A stretch of DNA of 64,000 nucleotides from Octopus sinensis (Eukaryota), in assembly GCF_006345805.1 (NCBI RefSeq), contig NC_043006.1:58094001-58158000 (forward strand). Direction: 5' to 3'. The notes under the pieces were generated by a model, which had not been told where the DNA came from, searched no databases, and saw only the letters and a list, made by a program, of their open reading frames with translations. A program made the position numbers and the translations under genes. Shown piece by piece: positions 1 to 14,491 of the stretch (its first letter is position 1; each line of letters opens with the position of its first letter).

Positions 1-120
1 TTATTTATATCACTTTGATATTATCTGTCCAATACGTGTATACTAATGTTTGTAACCATTCCTTCCTCTCTTTGTTTGCGTGTGCGCATGTGTGGGGACG
101 AGAGTGGCTGGATGTATGTA

Positions 121-129
121 TGTAGATAA

Positions 130-182
<53 letters not shown>

Positions 183-250
183 GATAGCTAGCTAGCTAGA
201 TAGATAGATAGATAGATAGAGATAGCTAGCTAGCTAGCTAGCTAGCTAGC

Positions 251-321
<71 letters not shown>

Positions 322-325
322 ATAG
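121..325. repeat. (GATA)n/(GCTA)n microsatellite
   Basis: Direct tetranucleotide repeats. Confidence 0.95.
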
Positions 326-952
326 AAACACACACTATAATACTAACCTGCATATACACACACATACAATCATACACGCACAAACACACACGCACACAAA
401 ATGTAATACGTAGCGCATGCGCTCGAAGCCTTCTCCTCGAAGATCTAATCTAGTTAAAATATATCAACTAGAGGCTCGAGATAGTAGCTGTAATTTGTGT
501 TGAAGAGAGGCTTTGGAAATTCTTAAATGTAGGTCTAGTTTAATTAATGAGCATAACGAGTTACTAATCCGTTACTCAAACTTACTTAATAAAACTTTCT
601 TAAAATTTCCAAGAAAAAATCCACATAGCTAGTTTACCTTGATTCAACAAATATTAATGGTAACGTTCGTATCTTATTAATTCTACCCCGTCGCTTGAAT
701 TATTTGTTGTGTAACCCGCCAATCACTCATTTCGTAACTAATGTATCTAATTTTTATCCTTTATTAATGTATCTAATTGACTTCAGATTTATTTGGAGAC
801 GACCCGATATTATCTAGAACTATTTAAAACTAATGTCCGGGGTCAGCACTAATTTATTCTTTGCTTCTATTCCGATGAACAAACGCTGGTCAATTAATTT
901 ATTATTGAATAGATTTACATAATTTCTTTTAATGTACAAATTAATGTGTAAA

Positions 953-990
953 TTGATGAAATAGTTCCACTAGCTATTGAAACGACCGTA
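953..990 (+). ncRNA. Degenerate hammerhead ribozyme core
   Basis: UUGAUGA, stem II AAUAGU/GCUAUU, GAAA, stem III AC-gacc-GU, GUA triplet, followed by AATAAA. C3 is changed to U and stem I does not pair. Confidence 0.4.
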
Positions 991-1298
991 ACCTTTAATA
1001 AAGTTATGTTATACCATCTGCGTTCATTCGTCTATTTACTATTATACTCTGCGATAAATGCACCCAATGATTGATTAGTAAATGTGCTTCGATTTAAAGT
1101 CTATAATAAACGTCCTGTGGATTCAATGAAGATAGATTCTGAATTATCTCCCTTGACATTCTGATAACCAGGTTTGCTACATGGTATACTTGCTGACTGA
1201 AATATTCGCCGGAATTTTCTCAATCTCTAGTTGTCCGTACTATGTGTGTGCATTTGTGTGCTTTTGTTTTATTTGTGTGCGCGTTTATGTGAGTAGAT

Positions 1299-1300
1299 TC

Positions 1301-1389
<89 letters not shown>

Positions 1390-1460
1390 TGTAGATATGT
1401 AGATATGTAGATAGATAGAGACAGACAGACAGACAGACAGACAGATAGATAGATAGATAA

Positions 1461-1537
<77 letters not shown>

Positions 1538-1574
1538 CAGATAGACAAACAGACAGATCGACTGGCAGGTAGAC

Positions 1575-1637
<63 letters not shown>

Positions 1638-1682
1638 CAAACAGACAAACAGACAAACAGACAGATCGACTGGCAGGCAGAC

Positions 1683-1737
<55 letters not shown>

Positions 1738-1762
1738 CAGACAGATAGACGGACAGACAGAC
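1299..1762. repeat. Compound (GACA)n/(GATA)n microsatellite
   Basis: Direct repeats; explains the SIYL/SVCL ORFs. Confidence 0.95.
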
Positions 1763-2531
1763 GCATGGTTGGTTTTCCCAGTTGTGATCGATATTTTCCC
1801 TCTAAATCTCTGTTAAAGGACCAGCCGCACATTCAAAAAAATTGTGTAGGAATACTTCACGTAATCTTATGATGTTATTACATTTGCTGTTGATTTTATA
1901 CATGTAATGTACTCGATTTTCACTTTACTGTTCAGTAGGTGTTGTGCAAATGACATTATGCGACACTCAAATGCGAGTTAACGAATAGATGACCGCATTT
2001 CGGCCATAGCTGGAGGAGTTCAAGGGGAGGTAACTTTGTTCCTCACAATGGGTTTTTTTATTACGTTTTTACGTTTCGAGACTTTATTTTATTATTTTAA
2101 ACTCGCTAAGATTTTATTTTATCTGCATGAGTAAAGAGGCTATGTGATTTTATCAGAAGGTTAGTTGAGTAGCCTCCACTGCCAAGTGCAAGAGTAGACG
2201 TGAAAAAAATGGTAACTTTTCTGACTGGCCATAACTAAGGATATACTAGTCGACTAGGCAACTCCAAGTAGCGTTTTGGGCACCACATATTAACGATAAT
2301 AGCAGTATTAGCGATAATATTTACACCACGGCTGGAAATTGATTGACGAGAATGGGAAATAACCCACTACCTTCTAACCTCACAGCCGACAGATGGCGTA
2401 GCCGAAAGAAGACGACATAGCTTGAAGCCAATGACCAGCCGATGACTACCAGAAGAGGGAGATAACTCCCCGTTCTTTATATCTGGTTCGTTTCCCCGCC
2501 ATACTTTAAAGAGACCATAGGCTAACAAGTC

Positions 2532-2599
2532 ATAGGGTCTGATGATACGCCATAAATATACTCTTTCTCTTTATGGCGAGAAACCCAGGGTAACCCTAT
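2532..2599 (+). ncRNA. Type I hammerhead ribozyme, apparently intact
   Basis: Stem I AUAGGGU/ACCCUAU, CUGAUGA, stem II CGCCAUAAA/UUUAUGGCG (one bulged A at its base), GAAA, stem III ACC-cag-GGU, cleavage triplet GUA (cut after 2592). AATAAA and a poly(A) tract follow. Confidence 0.8.
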
Positions 2600-3090
2600 A
2601 AACAGGCCTTCACCAGTAATAAATATAGACGGCTCTAGTTCTTAGAGTGTGCTTCTCCGTTTTTATGTTTTCTAAAAAAAAAAAAAAAAAAAAACTAACA
2701 CTTCCTTTTTCCATGCTTAGATTCGAAACGCATGAAAAATCTTGGGGGTGCATGTCCTGAATCACAAGCAAAAACACTCTATTTTACCAGTCTGATATTT
2801 AGAGTTTGTTTAAACGCCTGCCAACAGAAATCTGAAATATAAGAGGAACCTCTACGGAAACATACAAATAAAATAAAACAATGGATAAACTTCTAACGAC
2901 AAATGATTGGCTGATCCGGTCAACCATGATACACTCGGGGAAGATCATCTGCTACACTCAATCGTACATCAAATTTCTAGCCATAAGGCGACGACAAAAC
3001 TGAAAGAAAATGAATTAAGGCGGTGCTACAGCATGGCCGCAGTCCTACGACAGAAGCCATTAAAAGTATGTATGCTTGTATGTATGTAAG

Positions 3091-3222
3091 TTATTCTTTA
3101 ATACGGATAGTATTGAATGACTTCGAAGTTTCGACCTACTAACCCCATCATCACTGTCCGACAGTGGTTCAGCAAGCCGAAACTTCGAAGTCACTATCAA
3201 TAGTATTCTTGTTAAAGAATAA
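3091..3222. repeat. Imperfect palindrome containing hammerhead 3' halves
   Basis: Arms ATTCTTTAA...TGACTTCGAAGTTTCG...CACTGTC and GACAGTG...CGAAACTTCGAAGTCA...TTAAAGAAT. Confidence 0.7.
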
Positions 3223-3298
3223 TAAATATGTAGTCTACAAAAAGAATTGAATAATCTTTAAGCTTCTAGTAAAATTGTTTTTATTATAACTTAAAATA

Positions 3299-3514
3299 AG
3301 GCGGCAGCAAGCTGGTGGAATCGTTAGCACGCTGCGCAAAATGCTTAGCGGCATTTCTTCTTTCTTTAAGTTATGAGTTCAAATACCACTGAGGTCGACT
3401 TTAACTTTCATCCTTTCGAGGTCGATAAAACAGTACTAGTGAAGCACAGGGGTCGATGTAACTGACTTCTCCCTCCCCTCAAAAATTCTGGCCCTGTGCC
3501 AAATTTTGAAATCA
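3299..3514 (+). mobile_element. tRNA-derived SINE family A (tail type 2)
   Basis: GGCGGC-AGCTGG head, B box GAGTTCAAAT, core GTCGACTTT..TCATCCTTTCG.GGTCGATAAA shared with many copies in the window. Confidence 0.8.
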
Positions 3515-3721
3515 TTATAACTTAATATAAAAACAAAAGACTAATATATATTCTGTAAACAATAATGATATTTTATAAGCGGAAAACCCACCTTTTTCTG
3601 TCGAGGGCTTATTATCCGCCAATATTAGACTATTTTCTTTTAGTCAATATATGGTAATCGTTTGTAAGCTTTTAAAATATTATCATTTGCAGATTTGTCG
3701 AGTTACCGCTTCTCAAACTAT

Positions 3722-3760
<39 letters not shown>

Positions 3761-3766
<6 letters not shown>

Positions 3767-5016
3767 ATTAAGGGCTCAGTAAAATAATTTACTTTGCCAC
3801 AAACTGAAATTTTTAGAGATAGCAGCCAAAAAGTTTCTTTAGCCGAAGAATCTCCCTGATAGTGCTTACTCAAAAATAATTTACGTAGATCTGGAGGGAA
3901 AACAACAAAATATCACATGTACAAAGATTATTTGAGAACGCTCACGTTTCTAGATTAGCCGAATTAAAACTCGACATTTCTTTCGTTAGCTCAACATTTC
4001 TTAATTTGGATTTGAAAGCACTAAAAATAATGAACATACCCATCCGACATGAATCACCTCAGACGAACATCTCCAAACTGGTAGTGCTAGCGAATTCAAA
4101 CAGTACAAGTAAAGAATTTATGTATTTCCCCCTTCCATCCACGTGAGTTGTCGAGTAAACATGGTTATAACGGTGAGAACCGCAGTAAAAGAGGAACAGG
4201 GAGAAAGGAATTGTATTATCAATAATTAAGGGTAAAATCAATTAGTTATTAATTAATTTCACCAAGTAGTGTTCAGTATGTAAAAGGACCATTCAAGGCG
4301 TATTCAAAATATTACGTTATATAATTAAGGGCTCAGTAAAATAATTCACTTTGCCACATACTGAATTTTTTAGAAATAGCAGCCAAAAAGTTTCTTTAGC
4401 CGAAGAATCTCCCTGATAGTGCTTACTCAAAAATAATTTACGTAGATCTGGAGGGAAAACAACAAAATATCACATGTACAAAGATTATTTGAGAACGCTC
4501 ACGTTTCTAGATTAGCCGAATTAAAACTCGACATTTCTTTCGTTAGCTCAACATTTCTTAATTTGGATTTGAAAGCACTAAAAATAATGAACATACCCAT
4601 CCGACATGAATCACCTCAGACGAACATCTCCAAACTGGTAGTGCTAGCGAATTCAAACAGTACAAGTAAAGAATTTATGTATTTCCCCCTTCCATCCACG
4701 TGAGTTGTCGAGTAAACATGGTTATAACGGTGAGAACCGCAGTAAAAGAGGAACAGGGAGAAAGGAACTGTATTATCAATAATTAAGGGTAAAATCAATT
4801 AGTTATTAATTAATTTCACCAAGTAGTGTTCAGTATGTAAAAGGACCATTCAAGGCGTATTCAAAATATTACGTTATATAATTAAGGGCTCAGTAAAATA
4901 ATTCACTTTGCCACATACTGAATTTTTTAGAAATAGCAGCCAAAAAGTTTCTTTAGCCATTTCTACTACTTTAAGAAGAATCTCCCTGATAGTGCTTACT
5001 CAAAAATAATTCACGT
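3761..5016. repeat. Tandem repeat, 557-bp unit (about 2.25 copies), each full unit carrying a minus-strand hammerhead motif
   Basis: Near-identical units (ORFs at 4059 and 4616 are offset by 557). Hammerhead-like folds at 3932-3994 and 4489-4551 (-). Confidence 0.9.
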
Positions 5017-6534
5017 ATATATATATATATATATATATATCAATGGCGTGCGGTGACTTCTGAGGCAGATCATGCAATAAATACTTGATGCATATGGCGG
5101 AGACGTAACCCAACCCCTCCCTTATCCTTAATTTTTTTTTTTTTTTAAACCGAAACCCATGTTTTCGGAGATTTCGGTTCTGAAAAAGGAAATGATGAAA
5201 ATCGCAACTTCAGAATTTCAATCCCCACCCCCATTTCTTAATTTTTCGCTTTTTCCAGAAATTTTTTTTTTAGTGGGAAATACGTAGAAAAATACGGGAA
5301 TTATGATTTTGAAAAAAAATTGTTTGTAAAATTTCAATTTTTCCAAAAAGATTACCCCACCCCCGCCCCTCCCGATTCTACGGCCTTCAAGCAGGCTATA
5401 CACATACTAAAAATAATAGCTACATGTCACAGGAAATTGTTGGGCGAAAAAAAAAACTGCGGTAAAATAATGAAAGAAATACGTAATCTTTCTGTAATGA
5501 TTTCTTTCAGAGAAATTTCCCGCAGTAAAATGAGGTTTACTGTGAGAAAGTTGTAAAAAAGAGTTTGTTGGAGATTTCTGCACACATAATTTTTGAAACT
5601 TTCAAGAATCATTTTGTAGAAAAATCACTTGCAGTTGCAAAAAAGAGTTTGTTTGATATTTGGCTGTTATTCCTGCCCTCATATTTTTTGTAACTCTTAA
5701 GTTTCATTTTGTAGAAAGAAAAAAACACTTTAATTTCACTTTGTTACAGTATACCTCATTTTACTGCGATCTTGAATTGTAAATCAGTTTCAACAGAACG
5801 GAAAGATAATTTTAGTAAATCAAGGAAAGATTAATTAGCTATATTACATTTCTGATTTCAGATTTTTTTTTTTATCAATACAAAGAGGATGGTTAATGAT
5901 AATAATTTCAAAACTTACGACAGAGCGAAATAGATGTTCCAAAGTCACGACAACATTTGAGCTGACTAAGTGAGAATTATGGGATTCTTGATATGTTTTG
6001 GTCGAAATTTTTACGGGTCAAAGAGTCAAACCCATTCAATCATTTAGCCTATCTCGTTAGCGACATCAATTACAAAGAATTGCTAACAAAAAAGAAATGG
6101 TAGAAATGGAGGAGAAGCCAAAACATGGGTTTTTTCTGAAAGCATGCCTTCCGTAATTATTTTATCGAGATAAAAAAGAATCTTACAGGCGAAAGGTGAG
6201 GGACAAAAGATTCCAAATGCGTTTAAGCATGCCTGGTGAAAGTAAAATGGAAACTCAGCGAAGTATCAATCTGGACAGGTTTCCTTTGAAACAAAGTAAT
6301 TATTTTAGCTCAGTTTCCAATAATTTGGACAACTTTCCAATGTGGTTATAAATGCATTACATTCTTAAATTGACTTTGAGCAATTTAAAAATCAACGGTC
6401 ATGCAGTACCTGACTAGCATGTCTCGACTGCACACCGCTAATGTATATATATATAGTCCCACCACGAAACACTCCGGGCCGACTAAAGCTTTGTCAATGG
6501 CTTTGGTAGACAGAACCGAAGAAACCCGTCATAC

Positions 6535-6735
6535 GTGTGTGTGTCTCCACCGCTCGACAACCGGCGCTGGTGTGTTTACGTCCCCGTAACTTAGCAGTTC
6601 GACAAAAGAGACCGATAGAATAAGTACCAGATTTTAAAAAATAAATACTGGGGTTGATTTGTTGGACTAAATTTCTTCGAGGCGGTACCCTAGCATGGCC
6701 GCAGTCTAATGACTGAAGCAAGTGAAGGATAAAGA
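6535..6735 (+). mobile_element. SINE family B, 3' half
   Basis: GGTGTGTTTACGTCCCCGTAACTTAGC...AGCATGGCCGCAGTCTAATGACTGAA matches the inverted copy at 19923-20130. Confidence 0.75.
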
Positions 6736-6740
6736 CATAT

Positions 6741-6900
6741 ACGACAGGCTTCCGCACAGTTTCTATCAACCAAATTTCAATCGCAAGGTATTGGTCGTCC
6801 TGGGGCAACAGCAGAAGACACCCAAGATTGTGTACAATGAGTGTGAACCCATAACTGCGTGATTGCAAAGCAAGCTTCTTAGCCTCACAACTGTGCCTGC
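6741..6900 (-). mobile_element. SINE family B, 5' tRNA-derived head (diverged)
   Basis: Reverse complement resembles 56182-56340. Confidence 0.65.
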
Positions 6901-7237
6901 GCCAATGTTTAGAAAGGACACATTAGATAATGTACACTGACACATTCTATATCTTAAGAAAATGAGTGGATGGTCACCTCTGGAAAACCTGCATGATTCT
7001 AATCAATCAGGACTCACACACAAATAATAAACAGAAAATCATTGTTGCGCTAAGATTCGAAATCTATAGAGTTTATACTAATTATCTCCCTTACATCAGA
7101 AATAACTTGACCTTTCATAGTGTGGCGGTATTTAAATTTTTCACGCTTTCGTTTGTGTTCCTTAGTGCTTGATCACTCCAAGCAAACTTTTCAAGGCATG
7201 GGGGGAGGGTAATTTTAGTTGTAAATGCTGGCAGACT

Positions 7238-7294
7238 TTTGGCTGATGAGAAATTAGGCGCCTATTTGACGCTAATTTCGAAACCGGTACTAAG
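7238..7294 (+). ncRNA. Type I hammerhead ribozyme (minimal, palindromic stem III)
   Basis: Stem I UUUGG/CUAAG, CUGAUGA, stem II GAAAUUAG/CUAAUUUC, GAAA, palindromic ACCGGU stem III, GUA cleavage triplet. Confidence 0.75.
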
Positions 7295-7486
7295 TTGACC
7301 AGCATTACTTGTTCTGACCTACGAGAAGTAAGATGTTATTATTGTTCACTGGAATTTTTTATCAAGTCTGTAATAGATTTGTGACTATTCGGTGGCATAG
7401 AAGTATTTTTGACGTCTATTTTTAGCGATGTAGATGCTCATGTAGTGCCCTACTGTATATATGCACATATCTAATAGTGTATTGAG

Positions 7487-7716
7487 GGCGGCGAGCTGGC
7501 AGAAAGGTAAGCAAGTTGGGCGAAATGCCTAGCCGTATTTCGTCTGCCGTTACGTTCTGAGTTCAAATCCCGCCGGGGTCGACTTTGCCTTTCATCCTTT
7601 CGGGGTCGATAAATTAAGTACCAGTTACGCACTTGGGTCGATGTAATCGACTTAATCCTTTTGTCTGTCCTTGTTTGTCCCCTCTGTGTTTAGCCCCTTG
7701 TGGGTAGTAAAGAAAT
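7487..7716 (+). mobile_element. SINE family A (tail type 1)
   Basis: Full head, core and TGTCCTTGTTTGTCCCCTCTGTGTTTAGCCCCTTGTGGG...TAAAGAAAT tail. Confidence 0.85.
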
Positions 7717-7801
7717 ATATCTAATATTGTGTGTATATATTTTGTTAATTTGTACTCCTGACAATTCGCTTGCCACTCGTGACGGTATTTTAATAATACC
7801 A

Positions 7802-8912
<1,111 letters not shown>

Positions 8913-9751
8913 GCGCCCTTTTTCAAGCCTAGCCAGGCTCATGGGTCCGGTTTCCCGGTTTCTGTGGCGTATGTGTTCCCCCCAGCTGGATGGGACGCCA
9001 GTCCATTGCAGCGTTACTCAAGAAACAGAAGAAAGAGAGAGAAAGAGTGAAAGAAAGTTGAGGCGAAAGAGTATATATATATATGCATCTATGTATACAT
9101 ATATATTATATATATATAATATATATATATAATTAAAAATTGTTGTGTTTGTTTTCTTATATACTTTTGGGAAATTTTTCCTTTTGTTTTTCAGATAGCA
9201 CGGTAGGAGGAACTTATTTTCAGATCTGTTCCGGACTCTAAAGACACCCAATCGCAGTAAAGTTATTAAACATGGCAATAGATTAACTTCACCACATATC
9301 AAGATGGAATACCACCCGACAGGCTTTCGGGTTCTATCAAAGAAATTTCTTATCGTTAAATGGATACATATCCCCCGTTCCGTAGATGATAGTTGAAGGC
9401 CCCAGGCAAAACTACCATTCTGCGTCACACACTGCGTCTTCGTGCTTTAGGTATACACTCCATCAGGGCTCCCACCCCAATCCAGCTCTTGAAACCCTTG
9501 CTTAATCGACAATCGACCCTATATTAATAAAATGGATAATAGAGGGACTGAAATGTAAATATTTACTTCATAATGTTCGGGACGACGTGGCACCAAATAA
9601 GGAATGGTTCAAAGAGTGTCTAAGTTTTAGACATCTTTTGAAATAATTGTGGATAAAAGGGCGATCATTTTTAAAATTAAACGGCTGTCACTTGTTCTTG
9701 CGCTACCTTTTTTAACATTGTTATCTGTGAAGAATTCATTTGATATTCTTT

Positions 9752-9962
9752 TCTACTCAAGGGACAAGGCCCGAAATTTTGGTGGGAGGGGGATCAGTTG
9801 ATTAGATCGACGCCAGTACGCAACTAGTATTTAATTTATCGACCCCTAAAGGATGAAAGGCAAAGTCGACCTCGGCTGAATTTGAACTCAGAACGTAAAA
9901 ACAGACGAAATACCGCTAAGCATTTCGCCCGGCGTGCTAACGATTCTGCCAACTCGCCGCCT
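9752..9962 (-). mobile_element. SINE family A (tail type 2)
   Basis: Reverse complement of the family A consensus. Confidence 0.85.
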
Positions 9963-10769
9963 TAGAATTTATTGGATATTGAGGATTTCTGAACTTGGCA
10001 CAGAATTGCTTCTGCTTTTCATTTTGTCAGTGCTGTTTTTTTTTTTTTTTTTGTTAATTCATCCAGTTATGTGTCGCCAATGCATGATAGTTCCTAACGA
10101 TGTAGTAAAGATGTCACATTTGCAGTCTAGGACCCCCCATTAAAACTTCTGACTTAACCCAATAGTGGTTGATTAAGTAAAAGCGTGTGAAGGCTGCGAG
10201 AGAATTTTTCACCATACTGCTGCAACTTTAGTTGTTTATGGCTCGGTCCATTGTTCAGTTACGAGAAGAAAAGGATAGCTAGCCAGTGGAACTGCGAAGC
10301 TTGTCCAATACACATTGGATCTGACAGCATGCGTTGTGTTACGTTGTGCATTTGCACTTCCATAAATTTTAGATAGTCGCATTCCAAAGCACATAATCAA
10401 CGAAGAGACAAACTAAGAGCAAGTTGCTTCTATCAGGTTTGTCTGCAAACATTTATCATCATCTTTGTACAAGTTAACAAGGTTATAAACTTTTTCATTC
10501 GCACAGATACCCGGTTGCATTGAAGATCTTCATGTCGAACAAAACAAGTTGGATGGTGAAGTAATGTGGTATATGATAAAACAACACTGAACTTATATAA
10601 GACGATCATCTCATTTGAGAGAAGCCAGACGACCAGTCAAATTTCCAGAACATTTGCAAGACTTTGTTGTCAATGAGGTTGTTGGAAGTTGGTTGACTGT
10701 TGAGATCCTTTTGCCAATTGTCGTAAGACCGTCATCCCTGTTTTTACTCAAATCCCGTTCACCAAATCA

Positions 10770-10806
10770 TTCAAACCGACCGGATGAAACCGGACTTAGC
10801 TGCTAG

Positions 10807-10807
<1 letters not shown>
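10770..10807 (+). mobile_element. Helitron 3' terminus
   Basis: CCGG-atgaaa-CCGG hairpin followed by CTGCTAG|T, abutting a TA microsatellite. The 5' end was not identified. Confidence 0.55.
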
Positions 10808-10872
<65 letters not shown>

Positions 10873-11091
10873 ATGTATATATATATATATGTATATATAT
10901 ATAGTGTGTGTGTGTGTGTGTGTGTGTATCGGTCTCTTTTGCCGAACGCTAAGTTACGGGGACGTAAACACACCAGCATCGGTTGTCCAGCGATGCTGGG
11001 GAAAACACAGACACACAAACATATACACACACGTACATATACATATATATATAATATATATATATATAATATATATTTATTATATAGAAGG

Positions 11092-11142
11092 AGCTTCTAC
11101 AGGACTAGAACTGTTTCATTCAAGAGAAATCTTCAGGAAGCT
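11092..11142 (-). ncRNA. Type I hammerhead ribozyme (left arm copy)
   Basis: Exact reverse complement of 15049-15099. Confidence 0.7.
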
Positions 11143-11714
11143 AGTTAACAAGAATTGTATTGGCATTTATACATTTAGGCAGGTTTAAAGGGGTGGTGGT
11201 GGGGGACTTTTTGGGGGTAGGCATAGCGCAAAATATCATACTTGGGGGAGTGGTCAAGGAGTCAGTGGTAAATTAGATAAAAGAATAAATAAAAAAAAAA
11301 ATAAATAAATAAATAAATAAAAAAATATATATAAAAAAGAATAGAGTTTTAGGTAACTAAGGAGATTCTCACTTATACCTATACACATATGTATACATAT
11401 ATACACACACATACATACATATATACATACACACATACATACACACACACACATATACATATATATATACACATACACATACATATACATATCTACACAT
11501 ACACATATATATATATATATATACATACACTCACTCACATGCATACACGTATACACACATGTATATATACACAACGACCCCACATACATATACACACAGA
11601 AAAATATATATACATACGTACACACATACACACATGCACACACAGCACACTAGTCCCTATATACACATATATACACATACACACACATATATACATACAC
11701 ATACATACACATAC

Positions 11715-11747
<33 letters not shown>

Positions 11748-12154
11748 CATATGTGTACCTATACATACCTACACATACACACATATATATACATACAAAT
11801 ACAGACCCATTCCCTAATTTTAATTTTATTATCTTCATTTATTACTTTTGTTATCTTTGACCGCTGGTCCCAAGGATCTTGGCTATGACAGCAAGTCCAT
11901 TTATCTGTCTACTTGAAAACAAGCACTCATTCACGCACGCACACTCATTAGCACGTACACTCACTCATTCGTACACTCATACACATACACGCACGCACGC
12001 GTTATATTCATACATACATCTACATACATTCACGTATATACACATACGTACGCGTACCTACAGATTCATGTCTACACTCTTAGAAGGCTAGTCTATACAT
12101 ATACACCAATAAATATATATATATACACACATACATATACACCTACATACAAAT

Positions 12155-12205
<51 letters not shown>

Positions 12206-13370
12206 CATATATATACACACATATATACATATATATATATATACACAAATATATATACACACATATATATACACACATACACATACATACATATACACAC
12301 ATACACATACATACGTATACATACATACATACATCCATACATCCCCAAATTGCATGCATAGAAGTATGCGAAACTACAAGAACTATAGACCTACTCGGCA
12401 CCACCAGATTGATGACACCCCACCCACAAAACCCCCCAATCCCACCGTTCCCCTAGCACCCCCGATTACCTTTTCTCCTAAGACCTTTCACATATTGTAT
12501 GTGCACGCTTGTATATGTGTATCGTTATATATGTATAGAAATGTATGGGTATAGTAGGAATATACGCATGTATTATGTGTTGTGTGTGTGTGTATGTATG
12601 TAAAAAAAAAAAAAATATATATATATATATGTATGTGCGGGTGTGTGTTGTGTGTGTGTTATATATGTATATTGTATATATGTATGTATGTATATATATG
12701 TGTGTATGCATATGTATGTGTATATGTATGTGTGTATGTATGTGTATGTATGTATAAAATATTATATAATTAGGGCTTAGTAAATAAATTACTTTGCCCA
12801 CATACTGAACTTTCTAGAAATAGCAGCCAAAAAGCTTTTAGCCTCTTCCACTACTTAGAGAATATTTTCCCTCAGACATGTTTACTCAAAATAATAATGG
12901 TCCTTTTACATACTGAATACTTGGTGAAATTGATTAATAACTATTAACTTTACCCTCAATTGTTGATATATGTATGTGTGTGTATATATATGTATATGTA
13001 TGTAATATATATATGTACATGTATGTATATGTGTATGTATGTATATATATATGTGTATGTATGTATTATATATATATAGTATGTGTGTGTGTGTGTGTTG
13101 TATATAATATATATTATATATATAATATATATAATGTATGTGTGTGTATATGTGTATTATGTATATATTTATATATATATATATGTGTATATGTATATGT
13201 ATGTGTGTGTGTATATGTAGATATGTGTATAATATGTGGTACGCGAGTATGTCGATGTATATGTAGGTATGTAGAGTTATGTGTATGTGCATGTATGTGA
13301 GTGTAGATACAAATTGTAGATGTGTATATATATATGTGTGTGTATATATACATGTATATAGGTGTATGTA

Positions 13371-13420
<50 letters not shown>

Positions 13421-13973
13421 TATGCGAGTATGTAGAGATATAAGTATGTGCATGTGTATATATATGTATAGGTATGTGTATGTGTATGTATGTATATATA
13501 TAGTGTGTGTGTATGTATGCATATATGTATGGTGTATGTATGTATATGTGTATGTATATTATGTGTGTAAGTGTGTGCATATATGTATATGTAAGTGTGC
13601 GTGCGTGTATGAGTATGTATATGTTTGCACACATGTATATGTGGGTGTGTGTATATATGGATGCGCGCGCGTGTGTGTGTGTGTATGGGTACGCATGTAC
13701 ATGTGTATGTGCGTGTATGTGTATATGTGTATGTATGTATGTGTGTGCGTATATTTGTATATGTATGTATGTATATGTATGTATGGTGTGTGTATATATA
13801 TATATAGGGTGTGTGTATGTGTATAAATGTATGTATGTATGGATGTATGGATGTATGTATGTATGTATACGTATGTATGTGTATGTGTGTATATGTATGT
13901 ATGTGTAGTGTGTATATATATGTGTGTAATATATTTGTGTATATATATATGTATATATGTGTGTATATATATG

Positions 13974-14016
<43 letters not shown>

Positions 14017-14456
14017 TATAATATATATATATATATATGTGTGTGTATTTGTATGTAGGTGTATATGTATGTGTGTATATATATATTTATTGGTGTATAT
14101 GTATAGACTAGCCTTCTAAGAGTGTAGACATGAATCTGTAGGTACGCGTACGTATGTGTATATACGTGAATGTATGTAGATGTATGTATGTATGAATATA
14201 CGCGTGCGTGTGCGTGTGTATGTGTATGAGTGTACGAATGAGTGAGTGTACGTGCTAATGAGTGCGTGCGTGAATGAGTGCTTGTTTTCAAGTAGACAGA
14301 TAAATGGACTTGCTGTCATAGCCAAGATCCTTGGGACCAGCGGTCAAAGATAACAAAAGTAATAAATGAAGATAATAAAATTAAAATTAGGGAATGGGTC
14401 TGTATTTGTATGTATATATATGTGTGTATGTGTAGGTATGTATAGGTACACATATG

Positions 14457-14491
<35 letters not shown>

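Noticed and set aside
1220-1832. ORFs of SIYL/SVCL repeats
   Set aside because: Translations of GATA/GACA microsatellites.
10615-10806. ORF with RRPVKFPEHLQDFV resembling a Gypsy integrase C-terminus
   Set aside because: Too short, and no other LTR-element motif was found nearby.
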